The notes: a model not told the origin generated them from the letters alone. Positions 45,789 to 56,234 are shown, counted from the stretch's first letter. The stretch: 64,000 nt of DNA from Methanocaldococcus indicus (GCF_049554935.1 NZ_CP186926.1:768001-832000), one strand, 5' to 3'. Numbers and translations: made by a program.

Positions 45789-47114
45789 ATGATGAAACTT
45801 TTTGGAACATCTGGAATAAGGATGAAGAACTTACATCCTAAGATAGCTTATAAAGTAGGTTTAGTTTTAGGTGAGAAATATAGAAATATATTAATTGGGA
45901 GAGACACAAGAACAACAGGGAAGATGTTGGAAAGCTCCTTAATCTCTGGAATTTTGCAAAGTGGAGGTAATGCTATTCTTTCTAATATAGTCCCTACACC
46001 TGTTTTAGGTTTTAATGCTAAGTATTATGATGTTGGAGTTATGATAACAGCATCACATAATCCTGGAGAATACAATGGAATAAAAATTTTTAAGAAAGAT
46101 GGAATTTCTCTAAATAAAAAAGAAGAGGAAGAAATTGAAAATAATATAAATAAAGAATTTGAAGTAAATTGGAAGATTGTAGGGAAATGTTATAATGACA
46201 ATCAGACAATAAAAAGGTATAAAGAATTTATTTTAAATAAGGTGGAAATAGAAAAAGAGCATAATATTTTAGTTGATTGTGGAAATGGAGCTGGAAGTTT
46301 AGTATCTCCTTATCTATTGAAAGATGTTGGTTGTAATTTAATATCAATAAATAGCCATATTGATGGAAGATTTTCAAGAGTTCCAGAGCCAAGTGAAGAA
46401 CATTTAAAAGAAACTATGGAAATAGCCAAGGCATTGAATAGGTTGTGTATTGTTCATGATGGAGATGCTGATAGAGTAGGAGTTATAGATGAAAAAGGAA
46501 GATTTTCAGATTTTGACAAGTTAATGGCTATTTTTTGTAAATTTTTAGTTGAAAAATATAACATAAAAAAGATAGTTACTACTGTTGATAGTTCAATAAT
46601 CTTAGATAATATTTTAAAGGATTATAATGTAGAAATATACAGAACAAAAGTTGGAGATGTTTATGTCTCTGAGGAAATGATTAAAAGAAATGCCAAATTT
46701 GGTTGTGAGCCAAGTGGCACATGGATTCATGGAGATATACATCTTACTCCAGATGGAATTTTAAGTGGATTAAGAATTTTAGAGATGTTGGAATTTTATA
46801 ACTCTCCACTATACAAATTGTTAGATAGTGTTAAGAGCTATATTAACATAAGAGAAAAAATTTACTGCAAGAATGAATTAAAAGATAAAGTTATGAATTA
46901 TATAATTGAAAATGGAGAAAAAGTTTTTAAAACTAAGCCAGAAATTGTAGATGGTGCAAGATTTAATTTAGATGATGGTTGGATTTTAATAAGACCATCT
47001 GGGACAGAAGAGTATATTAGAATTAGAGTAGAAGCAAAAACAAAAGAATTAGCTAAGAGTTTATTAGATAAAGGAATTAAGTTAGTTAAAGAGGCCATAC
47101 AAACTTTTGAATAA
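45789..47114 (+). CDS. glmM: Phosphohexomutase (phosphoglucosamine mutase-like)
   Basis: TASHNP, DGDADR and RPSGTE motifs. Confidence 0.88.
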   Translation: MMKLFGTSGIRMKNLHPKIAYKVGLVLGEKYRNILIGRDTRTTGKMLESSLISGILQSGGNAILSNIVPTPVLGFNAKYYDVGVMITASHNPGEYNGIKIFKKDGISLNKKEEEEIENNINKEFEVNWKIVGKCYNDNQTIKRYKEFILNKVEIEKEHNILVDCGNGAGSLVSPYLLKDVGCNLISINSHIDGRFSRVPEPSEEHLKETMEIAKALNRLCIVHDGDADRVGVIDEKGRFSDFDKLMAIFCKFLVEKYNIKKIVTTVDSSIILDNILKDYNVEIYRTKVGDVYVSEEMIKRNAKFGCEPSGTWIHGDIHLTPDGILSGLRILEMLEFYNSPLYKLLDSVKSYINIREKIYCKNELKDKVMNYIIENGEKVFKTKPEIVDGARFNLDDGWILIRPSGTEEYIRIRVEAKTKELAKSLLDKGIKLVKEAIQTFE

Positions 47115-47149
47115 ATAATATTACTTTTTTTAATTAGTGTTATTAGTTA

Positions 47150-47210
47150 GTATTAAATACAAACATTTTTATATTACTTTTAGTATTAACTTATGAAAAA
47201 TTTTTAATAC
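47150..47210. promoter_or_regulatory. Two NikR-like operators
   Basis: GTATTA-N16-TAATAC (47183-47210, perfect) and GTATTA-N16-TATTAC (47150-47177). Confidence 0.55.
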
Positions 47211-47223
47211 AAAAGGTGATAAA

Positions 47224-48384
47224 TTGAGAAAGTATGTATTAATATTTATGATAATTGGATTAATAATTCCCATTATAAGTTTAGCAGGATGTACTCAACA
47301 ACAAGAGAGTGTAACACAAGAATCTCAAAATATAGTAACAACAACTAACAATAATGTTGCTGATGAATATAAGACAATAAAAGACATGTGGGGTAGAGAT
47401 GTAAAAATAAAGAAGAATATTAATAGAGTTGCTTTACTTGATTTTACTGGAACATATATTAAAGTTATGAAAATCTGGGGAATTGATGATAAGGTTGTAG
47501 CTGTTGACCATTCTCAAATGAAGAATCCATTTTTAAAGGTTATATGTCCAAGATTAGAAACAGATATTGTTGATGTTGGTAATTCAAGAGAACCTAATTA
47601 TGAAACATTAGCTGCAACAAAACCTGATGTTGTTATTGTAAGAGCATTTGTAACAAACAAAAACAGAGAAGAAGCATACAAAAAACTTGTTGAAAAATTA
47701 AATAGCTTAGGAATTCCAGTAGTTATTTTGTTACATCCTACATCATATGAACAACCAAATGTTAAAACTATGTGGGAAGAAATAAGAATCTTAGGAGAAA
47801 TATTTGATAAAAAAGATGAAGCTAATAACTTAATTAGTTATCTAAATGGATATGTTGTATTAATTAAAAATAGAACAAAAGATATTCCAGAAAATGAAAG
47901 AGTAAGAACTTTATTATTTGCTACTCCTGACTATATGCTTGGAAAAAGAACAATTCAATCATACTTCTTAGAGGATATAGTTGGAGGTAAGAATGTTGTT
48001 GAAGAAGGTTCATGGTTAAAAACATCTCCAGAAGATATAATTAAATTAAATCCTGATGCATTAATTATATTAGGACATGCTGGTTATTTACCTCCTGAAT
48101 ATGTATATGAAGGAAAAGATTTTGGAATAAACTGGAAACTTGTTCAAAGTATAAATGCAATTAAAAACAAAAAAGTTGGTAGTTTAGGTATAACTGAATG
48201 GAGAGCTACAATAGAGTTTCCAATAGGATTGTTAAGAGAAGCTAAAACATTGTATCCAGACAGATTTGAAGATATTGACCCAGATAAAGAAGAAATTAAA
48301 TTATACAGAGATATCTACCACTTAAATGACAAACAAATTGAAGAAGCTATTAAAGCTCAAAGAACTATGTTAAATCCACATTAA
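47224..48384 (+). CDS. Metal-chelate ABC transporter substrate-binding lipoprotein
   Basis: LAGC lipobox; KDMWGR.V and KPDVVI motifs. Confidence 0.88.
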   Translation: MRKYVLIFMIIGLIIPIISLAGCTQQQESVTQESQNIVTTTNNNVADEYKTIKDMWGRDVKIKKNINRVALLDFTGTYIKVMKIWGIDDKVVAVDHSQMKNPFLKVICPRLETDIVDVGNSREPNYETLAATKPDVVIVRAFVTNKNREEAYKKLVEKLNSLGIPVVILLHPTSYEQPNVKTMWEEIRILGEIFDKKDEANNLISYLNGYVVLIKNRTKDIPENERVRTLLFATPDYMLGKRTIQSYFLEDIVGGKNVVEEGSWLKTSPEDIIKLNPDALIILGHAGYLPPEYVYEGKDFGINWKLVQSINAIKNKKVGSLGITEWRATIEFPIGLLREAKTLYPDRFEDIDPDKEEIKLYRDIYHLNDKQIEEAIKAQRTMLNPH

Positions 48385-48427
48385 CTCCTTATTTTTACCA
48401 TCATTATTTTTTATAAGGTGATTTATA

Positions 48428-49408
48428 ATGAGAAAGCTATTTTTAATATGCTTTTCATTTATTTTAACAGTATTTTTAGGATTTATATGTCTTTGTATTG
48501 GTAAGTACTACATTCCAATTAATGAAATAATAACATTAAATTTATCAAAAGAAATTTATAAAACCATAATTTTTGATATTAGATTACCAAGAATTATTAT
48601 GGCTATTTTAGTTGGGGCAGCTTTAGCTGTTTCTGGTGCTACATATCAAGGAGTGTTTAGGAATCCATTAGTAAGTCCATATATTTTAGGAGTTTCTTCT
48701 GGGGCAGCTTTTGGAGCTGCTTTATCTATTATATTTCCAGAATTCCCTTTATCCTTACAACTTTCAGCTTTTGTATTTGGATTATTAACAGTGTATTTAG
48801 CATACAGTTTAGCAAGAGTTAGAGGGAGAGTTCCATTAGTTACTTTATTATTAGCAGGAGTTATATTGGGGTCATTTTTTAGTGCTATGGTTGCTATTTT
48901 CCAATATATTGCTACTGAAGCCCAGCTAAAAGCTATTGTTTTCTGGCTTATGGGTGGATTGTATTCTGCTTCTTGGGATGATGTAAAAACTACTGGAATC
49001 TTAATCCCAATAGGAATTATCTTACTACAAATATATTCCTGGAAACTAAATGTTTTATCTTTAGGAGATGATGAAGCAAGAGCTTTGGGAATAAACACTG
49101 AAAGATTAAAAATCTTATTAATTACATTAGCTACTTTTATAACTTCATTGGCTGTATCTGTCACTGGGATTATTGGTTGGGTAGGTTTAATGATGCCACA
49201 TGCTGCGAGGTTAATTATTGGTCCAGACCATAGGTATTTATTACCACTATCTGCAAGCTTTGGAGCTATATTTCTATTAATTTGTGATACAATAGCAAGA
49301 ACTATAACAACTGGTGAGGTACCATTAGGAATTGTCACATCTTTATTAGGTGCTCCATATTTGATTTATCTAATTAGAAATAAGAAGAATTTATTCTTTG
49401 GTGATTAA
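48428..49408 (+). CDS. FecCD/BtuC-type ABC permease
   Basis: RLPRII, RNPLVSP.ILGVSSGA and EARALG motifs. Confidence 0.93.
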   Translation: MRKLFLICFSFILTVFLGFICLCIGKYYIPINEIITLNLSKEIYKTIIFDIRLPRIIMAILVGAALAVSGATYQGVFRNPLVSPYILGVSSGAAFGAALSIIFPEFPLSLQLSAFVFGLLTVYLAYSLARVRGRVPLVTLLLAGVILGSFFSAMVAIFQYIATEAQLKAIVFWLMGGLYSASWDDVKTTGILIPIGIILLQIYSWKLNVLSLGDDEARALGINTERLKILLITLATFITSLAVSVTGIIGWVGLMMPHAARLIIGPDHRYLLPLSASFGAIFLLICDTIARTITTGEVPLGIVTSLLGAPYLIYLIRNKKNLFFGD

Positions 49409-50170
49409 ATGCTCACAATTAAAAATCTTTCAGCAGGTTATGGAAACACTAAGATTATAGAAAATATATCATTTTCTGTTAAAGAGGGTGAAATTTGTGG
49501 GATATTTGGTCCTAATGGTGCTGGAAAATCTACACTATTAAAATGTATTGTGGGATTCATAAATCCTATTAGTGGGGATATATTAGTCAATAATGAAAGT
49601 ATCTTAAAGTATCCTCCTGAGAAAAAAGCTAAAATAATATCTTATGTCCCACAAGAGCATAAACCTCCTTTTCCATATTTAGCTAAAGAAGTAGTTTTAA
49701 TGGGAAGAACACCACATATAAGTTCAATATTTGGTCCTAAAAAGGAAGATATGATAAAGGCTTTAAATGCTATGAAAACTCTAAATATTGAACATCTATC
49801 AGATAAACCATACACTGATTTAAGTGGAGGACAAAGACAGTTAGTATTATTGGCAAGGGCATTAGCTCAAGAAACTAAAATTATGGTGTTAGATGAACCA
49901 ACATCTGCTTTAGATTTTAAAAATCAAATATTAATATTTAATATTCTAAAAAAATTGAGTAAAAAAGGATATACTATATTAGTATGTGTCCATGACCCAA
50001 ACTATATTTTATGGTTTTGTGACAAAGTAGCCGTTATTAACAATGGTAAATTATTAGATTTTGGAAATCCTAAAAAAGTTCTTAATAAGGATATTTTAAA
50101 AAGATTGTATGGTAATTTATGCAAAATAGAAAATAATATAGTTGTCCCAAATTTAAAAATAATTAATTAA
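49409..50170 (+). CDS. ABC transporter ATPase
   Basis: GPNGAGKS, LSGGQRQ and LDEPTS motifs. Confidence 0.93.
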   Translation: MLTIKNLSAGYGNTKIIENISFSVKEGEICGIFGPNGAGKSTLLKCIVGFINPISGDILVNNESILKYPPEKKAKIISYVPQEHKPPFPYLAKEVVLMGRTPHISSIFGPKKEDMIKALNAMKTLNIEHLSDKPYTDLSGGQRQLVLLARALAQETKIMVLDEPTSALDFKNQILIFNILKKLSKKGYTILVCVHDPNYILWFCDKVAVINNGKLLDFGNPKKVLNKDILKRLYGNLCKIENNIVVPNLKIIN

Positions 50171-51423
50171 GGTTTTTTAATCCATTGAACTTTTCCAGTT
50201 TCAGAGTTCCAGATACCAACTAACTTCCAACCATCTTTTGTAACAGCAAATATTCCATAATTACCAGAAGCTCTATCATTCCATATATTTAATTTTATAT
50301 ATCCTGTTACTGGTTTAACACCAAACTCTCCTTTTGAGTACTTTTCAGTATTCTCTTTTATTAATTTTGCTAATAAATCAGCGTCATATTTTCCTTTTGT
50401 CTCATTTAACATCTCTGCATATGACAATGATAATACCCACGCCGCATCACAAGCAACTAATGGATAAACTTTAACTTTTCCTTTAAATCCTTTTTTATGA
50501 TACTCATCAATTAGTTTCTTAGCTTCATCTGTTTCAGAGTAGAATATTGTTGAATACAAACCAACTTTTATAGCATTTTCTCCTGCATTTAATACTTTGT
50601 TACTAAATGCTGTTCCATCTGAACCAAACCATTTGTAATTTAAAACTGGTGAATCTTTTGGAATTTGAGATAATAAAGTTCCTACTTCATCAAATCCAAT
50701 AACTAAAACTGCTGTATCTTTATTACTTTTTCCATTTAAAGCTGATTGAATTTTTTGAATGTAAGGACTCCAATCTGTTGGTGATGGAGTAGATGGGTAT
50801 GGAATAGTTGTTATTACATTTAATCCTAATTTATTTGCATTAGCTATTACTGCAGATGATAAACCCTTACCCCATGCATCATCTCTATATATTATAACAA
50901 TATTCTTTATGCCATCATCTTTTAATACTGATGCTATTGCTTTTCCTTGGAATTCATCAGTTGGGACAAATCTAAATATATATTTTTTTTGTTCAGGAGT
51001 TTCAAATCCTAATATTTTTGGTGGAGCAGTTGAAGACTGAGAAATGACAATTAATTTATTTGAATTTACATAATCTTTTATATTTTTTAACTCACTACTT
51101 GATGTAGGGCCAATAAATGCATTTATTCCCATAGCATGTAAAGCCTGAACTTTGTCTAAACATATTTTTGGATTACATTGTGTATCTGTATAAAAGAACT
51201 TCACAGTGTAAGGGATGTTATGTTCTTTAAAGTAGTTGTTTATATTCTCTTCTTCAATACTCAATATTTCCTTTGTTTGTTGTCCTTCTGATGCTAAATC
51301 TCCAGATAAATCTAATAAAACCCCAATTTTTATCTCATTATTTTTATTACTTTGTTGAGTGCATCCTGCTAAAAAACTTCCTATTAAGATTGGAACTAAC
51401 AAAAGTATTAGCCACTTTCTCAT
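50167..51423 (-). CDS. LivJ-like (branched-chain amino acid type) ABC substrate-binding lipoprotein
   Basis: LAGC lipobox; IGVLLDLSG, IGPTSS, FRFVPTD and DAWGKGL motifs. Confidence 0.88.
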   Translation of the reverse strand: MRKWLILLLVPILIGSFLAGCTQQSNKNNEIKIGVLLDLSGDLASEGQQTKEILSIEEENINNYFKEHNIPYTVKFFYTDTQCNPKICLDKVQALHAMGINAFIGPTSSSELKNIKDYVNSNKLIVISQSSTAPPKILGFETPEQKKYIFRFVPTDEFQGKAIASVLKDDGIKNIVIIYRDDAWGKGLSSAVIANANKLGLNVITTIPYPSTPSPTDWSPYIQKIQSALNGKSNKDTAVLVIGFDEVGTLLSQIPKDSPVLNYKWFGSDGTAFSNKVLNAGENAIKVGLYSTIFYSETDEAKKLIDEYHKKGFKGKVKVYPLVACDAAWVLSLSYAEMLNETKGKYDADLLAKLIKENTEKYSKGEFGVKPVTGYIKLNIWNDRASGNYGIFAVTKDGWKLVGIWNSETGKVQWIKKP

Positions 51424-51443
51424 TTTCTCACCTTATTTTTAGA

Positions 51444-51461
51444 TAGGAAATGAATTTCCTA
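51444..51461. promoter_or_regulatory. NrpR-type nitrogen operator
   Basis: TAGGAAATGAATTTCCTA contains GGAA-N6-TTCC, lying between a TATA-like box (~51481-51490, minus strand) and the start of 50167-51423. Confidence 0.7.
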
Positions 51462-51539
51462 GTAATATTTATAATGATAAAATATAAAAATATTTTGTTT
51501 ATATTAATTGAATAAAATTTCCTATTTTGTGAGGATAGT

Positions 51540-52184
51540 ATGAAATGTGAAATTTGTGGAAAAGAAGCAAAATACTGTGTTTATGGAGTTTATATTTGTG
51601 AGAACAACAAATGTTTAGAAGAAGCTAAAAAATTGTCTTATGCAAGACATAAAAATAGAGTTGTAGCTGTTGGTTCAAAAAATCCTGTAAAAGTGGAAGG
51701 AACAAAAGAAGCTTTTGAGAAAGTTTTAGGATACTATGAGGTTGTTGGAGTTGAGGTAGATAGCTCTGTGTCTCCTCATCCAATAGGTTTAGAGGAAACT
51801 TATTTAGGAGCTTTAAATAGAGCAAAAAATGCATTTGAAAAAATTGACTGTTGTTATTCAGTTGGTATTGAGGCTGGGATGATAAAGATAGGAAATCATT
51901 ATTTAGATGTGCATATAGCTGTTGTATATGATGGAGTTAAGGAAACTGTTGGAATTTCTCAAGGTTTTGAGTATCCAATGATAGCAGTTAACAGAATTTT
52001 AAATGGTGAAGAAGGATGTAAAATAGCTGAAGAAATTTCTGGAATTAAAGATATAGGTAAAAAAGTTGGTTTTATAGGATATCTAACAGATAACAATATA
52101 ACAAGAAAAGATTTAATTAGAGAGAGTGTGATAATGGCATTAATTCCAAGAATGAAAAAGAATCTAATCCTATTCCAAATTTAA
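51540..52184 (+). CDS. yjjX: Inosine/xanthosine triphosphatase with N-terminal Cys4 extension
   Basis: VGSKNPVK, GALNRAKNA and VGIEAG motifs. Confidence 0.9.
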   Translation: MKCEICGKEAKYCVYGVYICENNKCLEEAKKLSYARHKNRVVAVGSKNPVKVEGTKEAFEKVLGYYEVVGVEVDSSVSPHPIGLEETYLGALNRAKNAFEKIDCCYSVGIEAGMIKIGNHYLDVHIAVVYDGVKETVGISQGFEYPMIAVNRILNGEEGCKIAEEISGIKDIGKKVGFIGYLTDNNITRKDLIRESVIMALIPRMKKNLILFQI

Positions 52185-52840
52185 TATGTGTATCCTGCAG
52201 GAATTACATGGACATTGTCAAAATAACAACCTTTTCCACCAAACCCTATTCCACCATATAATATAGGATGAGTATCATTATACTCTAAATACTTCTGTCC
52301 TTGAACTTTTAGAATTATTTTACCTTTATTTGCAATTATTGTATATCTTAAAAACATTGGCCCTAAAGTAGTTGCAGCAGTTAAAGATTGAGCTAATTTT
52401 TCAACTTTTGTATGGTTAAACTTATATAGTACATATCCATTTATATTTGGATTTATTAGTATATAGTATCCAACAGTTGCATTGTCTTGTAACCTAAAGT
52501 AAATTCTTGCTTTATCCATATCTTTTGGAACTAAAACATCAATTGAATATACAAAGTCAGTATAATTTATATCTAAATACATAATGCCATCTTTTACACA
52601 TTGAACAACTTTGTTATTTCCTGGATTTTGATTAGCTCCACCAACTCCTAAATTTAAAGCAGGTGGGAGAGTAATTATAAAAGTTCCATTTTTTACTTTC
52701 CATTCTCCAAAAGGTGCTGTTTGTCCTAACTGATATTCTGAAAAATCATCATAAAATTCTCCAACACCTTTTTTAAAACAACCTGATAATGTAGTTCCTA
52801 AAAGAATAATAACTATTGAGAATATTAACAATTTTTTCAT
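52181..52840 (-). CDS. Putative lipoprotein, beta-sandwich (lectin-like)
   Basis: LSGC lipobox; YDDFS...GGIGFG...YFDNV.V pattern. Confidence 0.7.
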   Translation of the reverse strand: MKKLLIFSIVIILLGTTLSGCFKKGVGEFYDDFSEYQLGQTAPFGEWKVKNGTFIITLPPALNLGVGGANQNPGNNKVVQCVKDGIMYLDINYTDFVYSIDVLVPKDMDKARIYFRLQDNATVGYYILINPNINGYVLYKFNHTKVEKLAQSLTAATTLGPMFLRYTIIANKGKIILKVQGQKYLEYNDTHPILYGGIGFGGKGCYFDNVHVIPAGYTY

Positions 52841-53949
52841 AGTTCTTCACATAACAATTTTTTTAGTTCAGTTAATGATGCATCAGTTTTTATACCTCTT
52901 GGATTGTAGTGAGTTCTACTAACTTTGTATCCCTTATTTTTAAGTTTTTCTATTAGTGTGTTTATTGGTGGAACAGAAATTTTTAAAACTTTTCCTAATA
53001 AATGAGTGTCATAACATCCAACTTTATCAATTTCTTTCTCTTCATTTATTATTGATAGTATTTTATAAGCTCTCTCAAATCCTCTCTCTTCTGATAACTC
53101 TAAAGCTCTTTCAACTACTTTTTTATCATATAAATTTTTTATATAAAATGGACCTTTAAACTCTTTATTGTATCCATCTTCAAAAGAGTTTATAATTTTT
53201 TCTCCATCAACATCTTTAATATATCCTAAATCTTTAAAGGCTTTATCTGCTTTTTTAGCTCCTCTATCAACTTTTAAATAGACTCTAACATAATGGTCAG
53301 TTGCATGAGCTAATACAGGAGTTAGATACAACTCATACTTAGTAGCTACTCTTAAACAATATCCAACTAAAATTCTTAAAGCTAATTCATGACAGTCCTT
53401 TGTTAATAAAGGATAAGCTAAATATTTCCTTAAACATGATTTAACAGCTCTTCCACATAGTGCAGCTGTATCTGTTGCAGTTAAACATAATAGTGAATTT
53501 TTTGGTTTTAATGCTCTTAAAGCTGAGTCAATATATACAGAAGGAGAGCCAAATGGGTCTATATCCACAACATTAAATCCTCTAAAAAATCTATTCAAAA
53601 ATAGATTTGCATCTTCATTAAACACTTCTGTTTTATCTTTTAAATTATTTATTTCTATATTTTCTAAGATTTTTTTATATGCCTTAGGATTTATATCATT
53701 TAAATAAACTTTAACATCTTTACTCTCTATCTCCTTTGCATATCTCAATCCTCTTACACCACTTCCAGATAGTGCATCTGCTATTAATGCACTATCCTCT
53801 TTATGATATATCTCTAAAAATGCATCAACTACACACACAGCAAAATCTCTCCCAGTTCTCATTTTAGGATTATAAAAAACTTCATCTTTTTTAGTTACAC
53901 TGATATTATCTGGAACATTAAAGGATATCTTTCCCTCTTCTATAAGCAT
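52837..53949 (-). CDS. trm1: tRNA (guanine26-N2)-dimethyltransferase
   Basis: VFYNP, SGSGVRGLRY and DIDPFGSP motifs. Confidence 0.96.
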   Translation of the reverse strand: MLIEEGKISFNVPDNISVTKKDEVFYNPKMRTGRDFAVCVVDAFLEIYHKEDSALIADALSGSGVRGLRYAKEIESKDVKVYLNDINPKAYKKILENIEINNLKDKTEVFNEDANLFLNRFFRGFNVVDIDPFGSPSVYIDSALRALKPKNSLLCLTATDTAALCGRAVKSCLRKYLAYPLLTKDCHELALRILVGYCLRVATKYELYLTPVLAHATDHYVRVYLKVDRGAKKADKAFKDLGYIKDVDGEKIINSFEDGYNKEFKGPFYIKNLYDKKVVERALELSEERGFERAYKILSIINEEKEIDKVGCYDTHLLGKVLKISVPPINTLIEKLKNKGYKVSRTHYNPRGIKTDASLTELKKLLCEEL

Positions 53950-54460
53950 ACAACCACCTTAATTTATTTAAACAATCTCTACAAAAAAATATATCCTTAT
54001 AATCTACATCTAAAATAGAATTTGAAAAGCTCATAACACATCTTCTATTTTTACAATGTTTCAAACCTAAAACATGTCCAATCTCATGCACAGCTTCTTT
54101 TAAAGCTCTTATTTTATATAAAAAGTCATTTCTTTGCATTCCATAAAACTCTGGATTTAATCTTTTTAAAGAAATTATAGCTCTCTTTCCCAATAATTCT
54201 GCTTCTCCAAAAACAAAATTTAAATTGTTGGCGTATAAATCCTCCTCTGTTATTCCTAATGTTATTCCATCTTTAAATATTGGAAGATATTTTAAAAGAA
54301 TTGTAGAACAGTATTGATTTCTTAAAGGATTGTATGCAATATCTAAAATTTTAATTGGTTCTAATAACTCAACATCTCCAAAGAGTTTTTCTAAATTGGT
54401 TGATAGAAAATCTAATATCTCTTTATTAACTTTTCCAATAGGTTGAATATATATTTTCAT
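53918..54460 (-). CDS. amzA: Archaemetzincin Zn metalloprotease
   Basis: HEIGHVLGLKHC...CVM...C..C motif. Confidence 0.93.
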   Translation of the reverse strand: MKIYIQPIGKVNKEILDFLSTNLEKLFGDVELLEPIKILDIAYNPLRNQYCSTILLKYLPIFKDGITLGITEEDLYANNLNFVFGEAELLGKRAIISLKRLNPEFYGMQRNDFLYKIRALKEAVHEIGHVLGLKHCKNRRCVMSFSNSILDVDYKDIFFCRDCLNKLRWLYAYRRGKDIL

Positions 54461-54583
54461 AATAATTAACCTCATTTTTAAGATTTGATAGATATTTAAC
54501 AAACTAATAAGTAAAGTATTAAAAGTATTTATGTAATGATAAATTACTTAAAAGATTATTTACAAATATCTGAGGTGTTGTAT

Positions 54584-54838
54584 ATGGCAAAGGTTAAGAT
54601 AGAATTATTTACTTCACCAATGTGTCCTCATTGTCCAGCTGCTAAGAGAGTAGTTGAAGAAGTTGTAAGTGAAATCCCTGATGTTGAAGTTGAATATATA
54701 AATGTTATGGAAAATCCTCAAAAAGCTATGGAATATGGGATAATGGCAGTTCCTACAATTGTTATTAATGGTGAAGTTGAATTTATAGGTGCTCCTACAA
54801 AAGAGGCATTAATTGAAGCTATCAAAAAGAGATTATAA
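54584..54838 (+). CDS. trx: Thioredoxin (MJ0307 type)
   Basis: CPHC and AVPT motifs; start ATG 54584 after a GAGGTG RBS. Confidence 0.93.
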   Translation: MAKVKIELFTSPMCPHCPAAKRVVEEVVSEIPDVEVEYINVMENPQKAMEYGIMAVPTIVINGEVEFIGAPTKEALIEAIKKRL

Positions 54839-54900
54839 AAAATTATAATATAAACATAAATATATTATTTTTAAATTTAAAAATTAATTTTTGTGAGAAT

Positions 54901-55362
54901 ATGAAAAAAACAAAGGCAATTGTTTTAGCAGATAATGCTTTAACCACTCCTGGGAGATTGGTTAGATATATAAATTCATTAAAACTTCCAGTAGATGTTA
55001 AAGAAACTTGTTTTGGTTGTTATATTGAGGGAGATTGGGATTTAGTTGATGAATTAGCTCAAAAAATTAGAGATTTTGAAAGAAATAGAATATTTTGCAG
55101 AGATAGGGGTTATCCTATTTGGGATAAAAGAAGATGTAGAGCTTTTAGAGGAGGAGGTCCAAGAGAAGGATTTCACCAGTTAGAAGCAGAACAGAGTGTT
55201 TTATCATATTTAGGTTTAGCTTTGGATGATATAGATAAAAATGGACTAAAAGATTTAAATGAGATTTTAGAAAAGGAAAGAAAATTAATAAAAGAAGAGA
55301 AGTATCTTCCAGTAGATAAATTTAAAATGATTGTTGAAAAATATGTACAAGAGAGGAAGTAG
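54901..55362 (+). CDS. Methanogenesis marker protein 6
   Basis: KETCFG and RRCRA.RGGGPREGFHQLE motifs. Confidence 0.88.
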   Translation: MKKTKAIVLADNALTTPGRLVRYINSLKLPVDVKETCFGCYIEGDWDLVDELAQKIRDFERNRIFCRDRGYPIWDKRRCRAFRGGGPREGFHQLEAEQSVLSYLGLALDDIDKNGLKDLNEILEKERKLIKEEKYLPVDKFKMIVEKYVQERK

Positions 55363-55699
55363 ATTTGAAAGAGAACTAAAAACTATATTAGAAAGTTATG
55401 GTTATGCTGTTGTTAGAAGTGCTGGAAGTAAAGGAGTGGATTTAATTGCTGGAAAAAATGGAAGAATATTAATATTTGAATGCAAATCTACAAATAAAGA
55501 GAAGATATATGTGCAAAAAGAAGATGTTGAAAAATTAATAAACTTTTCTGAAATTTTTGGAGGAATTCCATATTTAGCTATAAAAATTAACAAAAAAATC
55601 TTTTTTATAAATCCCTATATTTTAGAGAACAACAACAAAAAGAGTTATGCTATTAGTGAAGATTTTTTATATACTCTATCTATTGAAAATATTATTTAA
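55343..55699 (+). CDS. hjc: Holliday junction resolvase
   Basis: GSRFEREL, RSAGS, DLIAG and ECKS motifs. Confidence 0.93.
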   Translation: MYKRGSRFERELKTILESYGYAVVRSAGSKGVDLIAGKNGRILIFECKSTNKEKIYVQKEDVEKLINFSEIFGGIPYLAIKINKKIFFINPYILENNNKKSYAISEDFLYTLSIENII

Positions 55700-56234
55700 T
55701 ATGGTTTAAAATAGCTTTTTCTATATCTTCTACTTTTTCCAAAACCTCTATCCCTTCCATCTCTCTAAGTTTATTCACATTCTCAACATCTATCTTCCTA
55801 ATATATAGAGTTAGAGTTTTACCATTGGGTAAGAGAGTGGTTAATTCTCCCTCTTTATTATCAGGTGGAAATATATAGACAGGCATTCTGACTTTCATTG
55901 CTTGTGCAACTGAATTTGTTATTAAAGTATCTGCTATTCCATGAGCTATTTTAGCTGTTGTATTAGCTGTTGCAGGAGCAACCAATAAGATATCATACTT
56001 CCCTGTTTGTAACTTTCCAGCTAAAAATGGAGCATTAGAATCAATCTCAACTTTTATTTTACCAAATTCTTCCTCTAACTTATTCCAAAGTTTATACCAC
56101 TTAACTACAACTTTTGCATTCTTTGAAAGATAAACATCTACATCTAAATTATATTTTTTCTTTAACTTTATCATCAAATCTACAACTTCTGGTAGTTTAT
56201 CTCCACATCCAGTTATACACCAAGCTATTCTCAA
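55692..56234 (-). CDS. afpA: Archaeoflavoprotein AfpA
   Basis: AWCITGCGD and PATANTTAKIAHGIADTL motifs. Confidence 0.9.
   Translation of the reverse strand: MRIAWCITGCGDKLPEVVDLMIKLKKKYNLDVDVYLSKNAKVVVKWYKLWNKLEEEFGKIKVEIDSNAPFLAGKLQTGKYDILLVAPATANTTAKIAHGIADTLITNSVAQAMKVRMPVYIFPPDNKEGELTTLLPNGKTLTLYIRKIDVENVNKLREMEGIEVLEKVEDIEKAILNHIK

Noticed and set aside
48646-49338. 230-aa antisense ORF, and the other short shadow ORFs (e.g. 1786-2070, 36637-36999, 41389-41859)
   Set aside because: They lie antisense to or out of frame within well-supported genes and have no recognisable motifs.
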